Source of the DNA: an uncultured Actinomycetes bacterium
Lineage (GTDB): Bacteria; Actinomycetota; UBA4738; HRBIN12
NCBI GenBank assembly: GCA_963704885.1
Contig: CAVPIB010000001.1
Coordinates: 384,001 to 448,000, forward strand
Reading direction: 5' to 3'
Length of the DNA stretch: 64,000 nt
The first letter of the stretch is position 1, and the number at the start of each line of letters is the position of its first letter. Both the position numbers and the translations under genes were made by a program. Below the pieces are notes generated by a model. The model saw only the letters and a list, made by a program, of their open reading frames with translations. It did not search any database and had not been told where the DNA came from. Below are positions 59,376 through 64,000 of this stretch, one piece after another.

Positions 59376-60032
59376 GTGACCTCCAAGCAGCCGAACCCCG
59401 GCCACGAAGCCCCCCGGGTCCGGGATATGCCCGCGCCGCGCAAGAGCGAGGGCGCGGCCGGCGGCGCGATGCAGCGCATCTTCGCCTGGCCGTATCGGGG
59501 GATCCTCGCGTTCCTGCTCTGGACAGGCATCTATCCGTGGCAGCTGTCGCTGTTGTCGCTTTCCCTGAACGTGGTGGTTGGCGCGCTCATCATCACCGGC
59601 GACTGGCTCGTGGCGGGCGTGCTTCTGGTCGTTGCCGGCCTGAGCGATGTGTTCGACGGCTCGGTCGCCAGACAGCGCGGAGTGGAGTCGCGATCAGGGG
59701 CGTTCCTCGATTCGGTGCTGGATCGTGTCTCCGACATGATCCTGTTCTCGTGCCTGTTCTGGGCATTGGCCGCTGAGGGCGAGACAACCCAAGCAGCTCT
59801 GGCCCTGGTGACCCTAGTGGTGAGTCTGTCGGTGAGCCACGTCCGGGCCGAGGCCGAAGCTGTAGGGGTGTCGCTTACAGAAGGGTTCTTCCAGCGGCTC
59901 GAGAGGTTCCTCGCGCTGATAGTCGGACTGGTGGTTCCCGGCGCGATGCCCGTGGTTCTGATCCTCCTCACCGTCCTCGGAGGCGTGACGCTGTTGCAGC
60001 GCGGATGGTCGGCGGTTCGCGAGGCGCGGTGA
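59376..60032 (+). CDS. CDP-alcohol phosphatidyltransferase
   Basis: DVFDGSVAR..GAFLDSVLDRVSD signature. Confidence 0.9.
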   Translation: MTSKQPNPGHEAPRVRDMPAPRKSEGAAGGAMQRIFAWPYRGILAFLLWTGIYPWQLSLLSLSLNVVVGALIITGDWLVAGVLLVVAGLSDVFDGSVARQRGVESRSGAFLDSVLDRVSDMILFSCLFWALAAEGETTQAALALVTLVVSLSVSHVRAEAEAVGVSLTEGFFQRLERFLALIVGLVVPGAMPVVLILLTVLGGVTLLQRGWSAVREAR

Positions 60033-60083
60033 TCGTGCCAGGCCGGTAGTGTTCCACCGACCGATCGATGGGAGGTTGGCCTG

Positions 60084-60419
60084 GTGGAATACATCCGGGT
60101 GGCCGGGATCGCCGAGATACCGGAGGGCGAGATGCGCGCTTACGACATCTCCGCCGGACGCGTCGCGATCACGCATGTCGAGCACCGTCTGTTCGCGTTC
60201 GGCGATGAATGCACGCATGCAGGATGCTCGCTCGCCGATGGGGAGTTCGACGATCGCGGGGCCACCGTGGAGTGTCCCTGCCACGGCAGCGTCTTCGACG
60301 TGGAGACCGGCGAACCGATCGAGGGGCCGGCCCAGGACCCGGTGCCTATCTTCCCGGCGCGACTGACCGATGACGGTTGGGTCGAGATCGCGACACAGCC
60401 CGCAGGTGACACCGACTGA
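60084..60419 (+). CDS. Rieske-type ferredoxin
   Basis: CTH..CPCHGSVFD. Confidence 0.92.
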   Translation: MEYIRVAGIAEIPEGEMRAYDISAGRVAITHVEHRLFAFGDECTHAGCSLADGEFDDRGATVECPCHGSVFDVETGEPIEGPAQDPVPIFPARLTDDGWVEIATQPAGDTD

Positions 60420-60469
60420 AGCGGGGGGTAGTGGAGGCCCTCATCACGGCCCGAACGTGGCGCGTGACT

Positions 60470-62035
60470 TCAGAAGGGGGATGACTCGGCGGGCGGGATC
60501 GGCCCGCCTCCGCCGCCACCACCACCGCCCCCGAACGGGCCCTCCGTGTCGATCCCGTGCCATGGGGGAACCTCAACCGAGCGGTGCCCCCGGACCCCGC
60601 CCAGGATCACCTGTCGCAGCTCGATGTTGTTCGCCGTGGTCACCTCTGTCAGCAGGCCATCGGGGTTCGCCTGGACGGCGATGTAGTACGCGCCGTTCGG
60701 CAGGTGGGTGATGTCGAAGGACTGGCCGGGCAGGCCTTGGAAGTACGTGTCGCCCCAACCGGCCGGCAAGACCTCTCGGGTCCACAGGCTGGCGCGACCG
60801 CCGCAGGCCGTCCCCAGGCCGATCGAGTAAGGGTTCCATTCGGCGCCGGGGGCGGTCATGTCGATGGCATCCGTGGGCGCTAGGCAGAAGCCGGTCTTCT
60901 CGCTGCGCACGATCTGTGTTTGATCTTCGGCAAGCAGCGAGTACCTGGCGAACTGCTCGAAGTGCCAGTGCTGGTGACCGGGGCGAGTGTCGTACATGAG
61001 GTCTCCCGCCTGGATCCGTCCGACCGCGACACCGTTGGAGTAGAAGAACTCCCACGCGTCCATGATCGGCTCGCCTTGGCGCCGGAACCCCTCCACGACC
61101 ATAGGAGAAGGTCCCCTGTCCCACACGGTTGCGCCGAAGTTCAGATAGTCGCGATGCAGGCGTCTCTGGTGATCGATCGTGATGCCCCAGGCTGGGAGCG
61201 CTACCAGGTCGGGCATCACGCTCGGATCGGGGTCCGTCATGATCGGCACCGCGGCCATGCGCGCCCGGGCGTCGGCCGCCGAGCCCCGGTCGTGCCCGCC
61301 ACCGTCGCCCTCGCCGGGACAGTAAGGGACGCAGAAGCCGTGCTTGCGGGTCTTGAGTCGGATCGAGATCGCCACCGACGCGTCAGAGGCCGACACGCCG
61401 AAGAGGTTCTGATACTCGGGGGTGATGGAGACGGTGGCTGTGTAGTGACCGTCCGGGCCCTTGAACGTTCCACCGCCGTAGTAGCCGAACGCGTTCGATG
61501 CCCAACCTTCGTCTATGCCCCAGACCGCGCCGAGGGTGAAGGGGTTGCTGCCGCAGAACTGTGGGTAGGTGGGGATGGCCGGACCGTCGACGCTGAGTCG
61601 TGCGAGCTCACCCGAGCCTGGGCAGAACCTCCGGTAGCGATCCACCACCACCGCGCCTGAGTCGTCGGTGATCGTCACGCGGAAGAACCGAGCCAGTCCG
61701 AGCCAGTCCTGCCCGGCGCTGGGCGTGAACGGGTACTTCTTGATGGCGCCGTTCTCGCGTACCACCTGCCAAACCTGAACCGGATGGTCGTAGTCGGGTC
61801 GGGCGGCCCAGATCTCGAATGCGCCGCCCACGGCGGCCACGTATGTGCTCAGGTCCAGGTACGCGCGCCGACCCTCGTCTCGCTTCAGGGTGACCTTCTC
61901 GGAGCCCGCAACCAGCCGGAGCGAGGGAACCGCCGGTGAAGCGCTCGCGGAGAGTGGAAGCGGACCTGTCGCGATCATGGCGACGCAGAGCGCGACCCCG
62001 ATGGCGCCCAGACGGAAACGGCGTGGAGTTGACAT
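60470..62035 (-). CDS. Secreted lysyl oxidase-like protein
   Basis: Signal peptide from ATG 62035; PDLVAL, GHQHWHFEQFARY Cu-binding motif, KTGFCL, GWGDTY, GQSFDIT. Confidence 0.85.
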   Translation of the reverse strand: MSTPRRFRLGAIGVALCVAMIATGPLPLSASASPAVPSLRLVAGSEKVTLKRDEGRRAYLDLSTYVAAVGGAFEIWAARPDYDHPVQVWQVVRENGAIKKYPFTPSAGQDWLGLARFFRVTITDDSGAVVVDRYRRFCPGSGELARLSVDGPAIPTYPQFCGSNPFTLGAVWGIDEGWASNAFGYYGGGTFKGPDGHYTATVSITPEYQNLFGVSASDASVAISIRLKTRKHGFCVPYCPGEGDGGGHDRGSAADARARMAAVPIMTDPDPSVMPDLVALPAWGITIDHQRRLHRDYLNFGATVWDRGPSPMVVEGFRRQGEPIMDAWEFFYSNGVAVGRIQAGDLMYDTRPGHQHWHFEQFARYSLLAEDQTQIVRSEKTGFCLAPTDAIDMTAPGAEWNPYSIGLGTACGGRASLWTREVLPAGWGDTYFQGLPGQSFDITHLPNGAYYIAVQANPDGLLTEVTTANNIELRQVILGGVRGHRSVEVPPWHGIDTEGPFGGGGGGGGGGPIPPAESSPF

Positions 62036-62221
62036 CCTTCCTCCCGACTGACTTGACGTTGGGGCGTATGCCCCGCCCTGCGACGCGCGGAACGGCCGTG
62101 AGGTTTCACCGCCGCGGACATATTCCCATGGCGTCACGCGGCGGATGCTGAAGCGGCCTAGCCACCATCGAGACGACACGCTAGGCTCGCGCCTCTGGCG
62201 CAGGCACGAGGAGGCTTCCCC

Positions 62222-63604
62222 ATGAGCGACGAGCGCACCCGTTTCGACCTTCGGCCCGAAGACATACCGACCGCGTGGTTCAACATCATGCCCGACCTGG
62301 CTCAGAAGATCGCCCCGCTCCCGCCGCTCAACCCGCAGACGAAGGAGCCGATCGGCCCGGCGGATCTGCTCCCGCTCTTCCCGGAAGCGCTGATCATGCA
62401 GGAGGTGTCCACCGACCAGTGGGTCGACATCCCCGGACCCGTGATCGACATCTACAGGCTGTGGAGGCCGAGCCCGCTGTTCCGCGCGACGCGCTTGGAG
62501 CAGGAGTTGCAGACACCGGCCCGCATCTACTTCAAGTACGAGGGCGTCTCGCCGGCCGGGTCGCACAAGCCGAACACGGCTGTCCCACAGGCCTACTACA
62601 ACAAGGAAGCGGGGATCCGCCGCATCGCGACCGAGACGGGCGCCGGTCAGTGGGGCTCGGCCATGGCCATGGCCTGCAGCATCTTCGGGCTCGAGTGCAC
62701 CGTGTACATGGTGCGGGCCTCGTACGACCAGAAACCGTACCGCCGCATCTTCATGGAGACGTTCGGGGCCGACGTGCTGGCGTCGCCCTCGAAGGAGACC
62801 AACTCCGGCCGCGCCATACTCGAGGGGCATCCGGACTCCACCGGATCGCTAGGGATCGCGATCAGCGAGGCCGTCGAGGACGCCGCGACCCACGACGACA
62901 CGAACTACGCTCTCGGCAGCGTGCTCGGCCACGTGCTTCTCCACCAGACGGTGATCGGCCTGGAGGCGCAGAAGCAGATGGAGATGGCGGGGGAGCAGCC
63001 TGACGTCATCGTCGGGTGCGTGGGTGGCGGCTCCAACTACGCGGGCATCTCGTATCCGTTCATGGCGGGCAAGCTGCGGGGCGAGACGCCGGACCTCAGG
63101 TTCGTGGCGACGGAGCCTGCCGCGTGTCCCACCCTCACCAAGGGGAGGTTCGCGTACGACTACGGCGACACGGCGCAGATCGCGCCGATCGTCCCGATGT
63201 ACACGCTGGGTCACGACTTCGTGCCGGCGCCTGTGCACGCGGGCGGACTTCGGTATCACGGGGACTCGCCGTCGCTGTCGCTCCTGGTCCGTGAGGGATA
63301 CATGGAGGCCAAGGCCTACACGCAGAACGAGATCTTCGGCGCGGCGGTGCGGTTCGCCAAGGCTCAGGGGATCATCCCGGCACCGGAGCCTGCGCACGCG
63401 ATCATGGGCGCGATCGACGAGGCCATCGCCGCGCGCGAGGCCGGCGAGGAGCGCGTGATCCTGTTCAACCTCTGCGGTCACGGGCACTTCGACATGCAGG
63501 CCTACGACGACTACCTCAACGGCCGGCTGCCCGAGGTGGAGTTCGATCCGGCCGACGAAGAGGCCGCGCTCGCGAACCTGCCCGAGGTGCCGATCCAGGT
63601 GTGA
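62222..63604 (+). CDS. trpB2: TrpB-like PLP enzyme (tryptophan synthase beta type 2)
   Basis: [52 protein letters not shown]. Confidence 0.93.
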   Translation: MSDERTRFDLRPEDIPTAWFNIMPDLAQKIAPLPPLNPQTKEPIGPADLLPLFPEALIMQEVSTDQWVDIPGPVIDIYRLWRPSPLFRATRLEQELQTPARIYFKYEGVSPAGSHKPNTAVPQAYYNKEAGIRRIATETGAGQWGSAMAMACSIFGLECTVYMVRASYDQKPYRRIFMETFGADVLASPSKETNSGRAILEGHPDSTGSLGIAISEAVEDAATHDDTNYALGSVLGHVLLHQTVIGLEAQKQMEMAGEQPDVIVGCVGGGSNYAGISYPFMAGKLRGETPDLRFVATEPAACPTLTKGRFAYDYGDTAQIAPIVPMYTLGHDFVPAPVHAGGLRYHGDSPSLSLLVREGYMEAKAYTQNEIFGAAVRFAKAQGIIPAPEPAHAIMGAIDEAIAAREAGEERVILFNLCGHGHFDMQAYDDYLNGRLPEVEFDPADEEAALANLPEVPIQV

Positions 63605-63677
63605 GCTCCGGCGGGTATCGATGTCCGGTTGTGCCGTGATGATCTACCTGGTCAAAGAGCTGGACTGAGCCACGTGC

Positions 63678-64000
63678 TCAGTCGGCGATGACCTTCGGCG
63701 CGAGCGCGAACTCCGTCAGCGCCAGGCCCACCGCGGCGCGGGCGAGCAGGTCGTAGCCCGCGTTGTTGAAGTGGAGGCCGTCGGTCTCTCGGATCAGCTG
63801 CACGCCGCCCTCGCTTCGGTAGTACGCGGTGTAGCCTCCATCGGGCGCCGAGAAGAGATCCCACGTGTCCAGGAACGCGACGTTCTGCACGCCTAGTGCC
63901 GCTCGTTCGAAGATGTCGTTCTGACGCTCGACGATGCCCCACCGGCCCTCGTCACGGACGACCGGCAACCCTACCCAGACCAGTCGAGAGCCCTTCGCTG
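63678..64000 (-). CDS. SGNH hydrolase/DUF459-like protein, 5'-partial
   Basis: VWVGLPVVR, FLDTWDLF, RETDGLHFNNAG (DxxH motif). Confidence 0.75.
   Translation of the reverse strand, partial: AKGSRLVWVGLPVVRDEGRWGIVERQNDIFERAALGVQNVAFLDTWDLFSAPDGGYTAYYRSEGGVQLIRETDGLHFNNAGYDLLARAAVGLALTEFALAPKVIAD

Overview
High-GC (roughly 65-70% by eye) actinobacterial chromosomal window of about 55 genes. It looks like an uncultured soil Actinomycetota genome with many single-base frameshifts, typical of an unpolished long-read consensus. Housekeeping and metabolic content: DUF72, DsbA-like protein, an OmpR-type two-component pair, uvrD2, polyamine and oligopeptide ABC transporters, AAA+/VWA pair, CoA-transferase, a GntR-controlled polyol/sugar operon, a large gamma-glutamylation amine-catabolism cluster, greA and trpB2. 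Accessory content: a secreted multi-module protein running off the left edge, a DUF11 sortase-type surface protein, a Sec-type Rhs toxin with a putative immunity gene, and a lysyl-oxidase-like protein. The most interesting signal is at 7300-10700 and is missed by the ORF track: a 27-aa peptide gene (MKTLKRIAIALGALLAVALAGGAHWKV, 8971->8888) with a perfect Shine-Dalgarno, its own terminator hairpins and a direct-repeat operator. It lies between two paralogous multi-TM NarL-type (HisKA_3) sensor kinases, making it a candidate undescribed peptide-pheromone (quorum-sensing) cassette. No rRNA, tRNA, CRISPR array or IS element was recognised. All family assignments are by eye from motifs; no searches were run.
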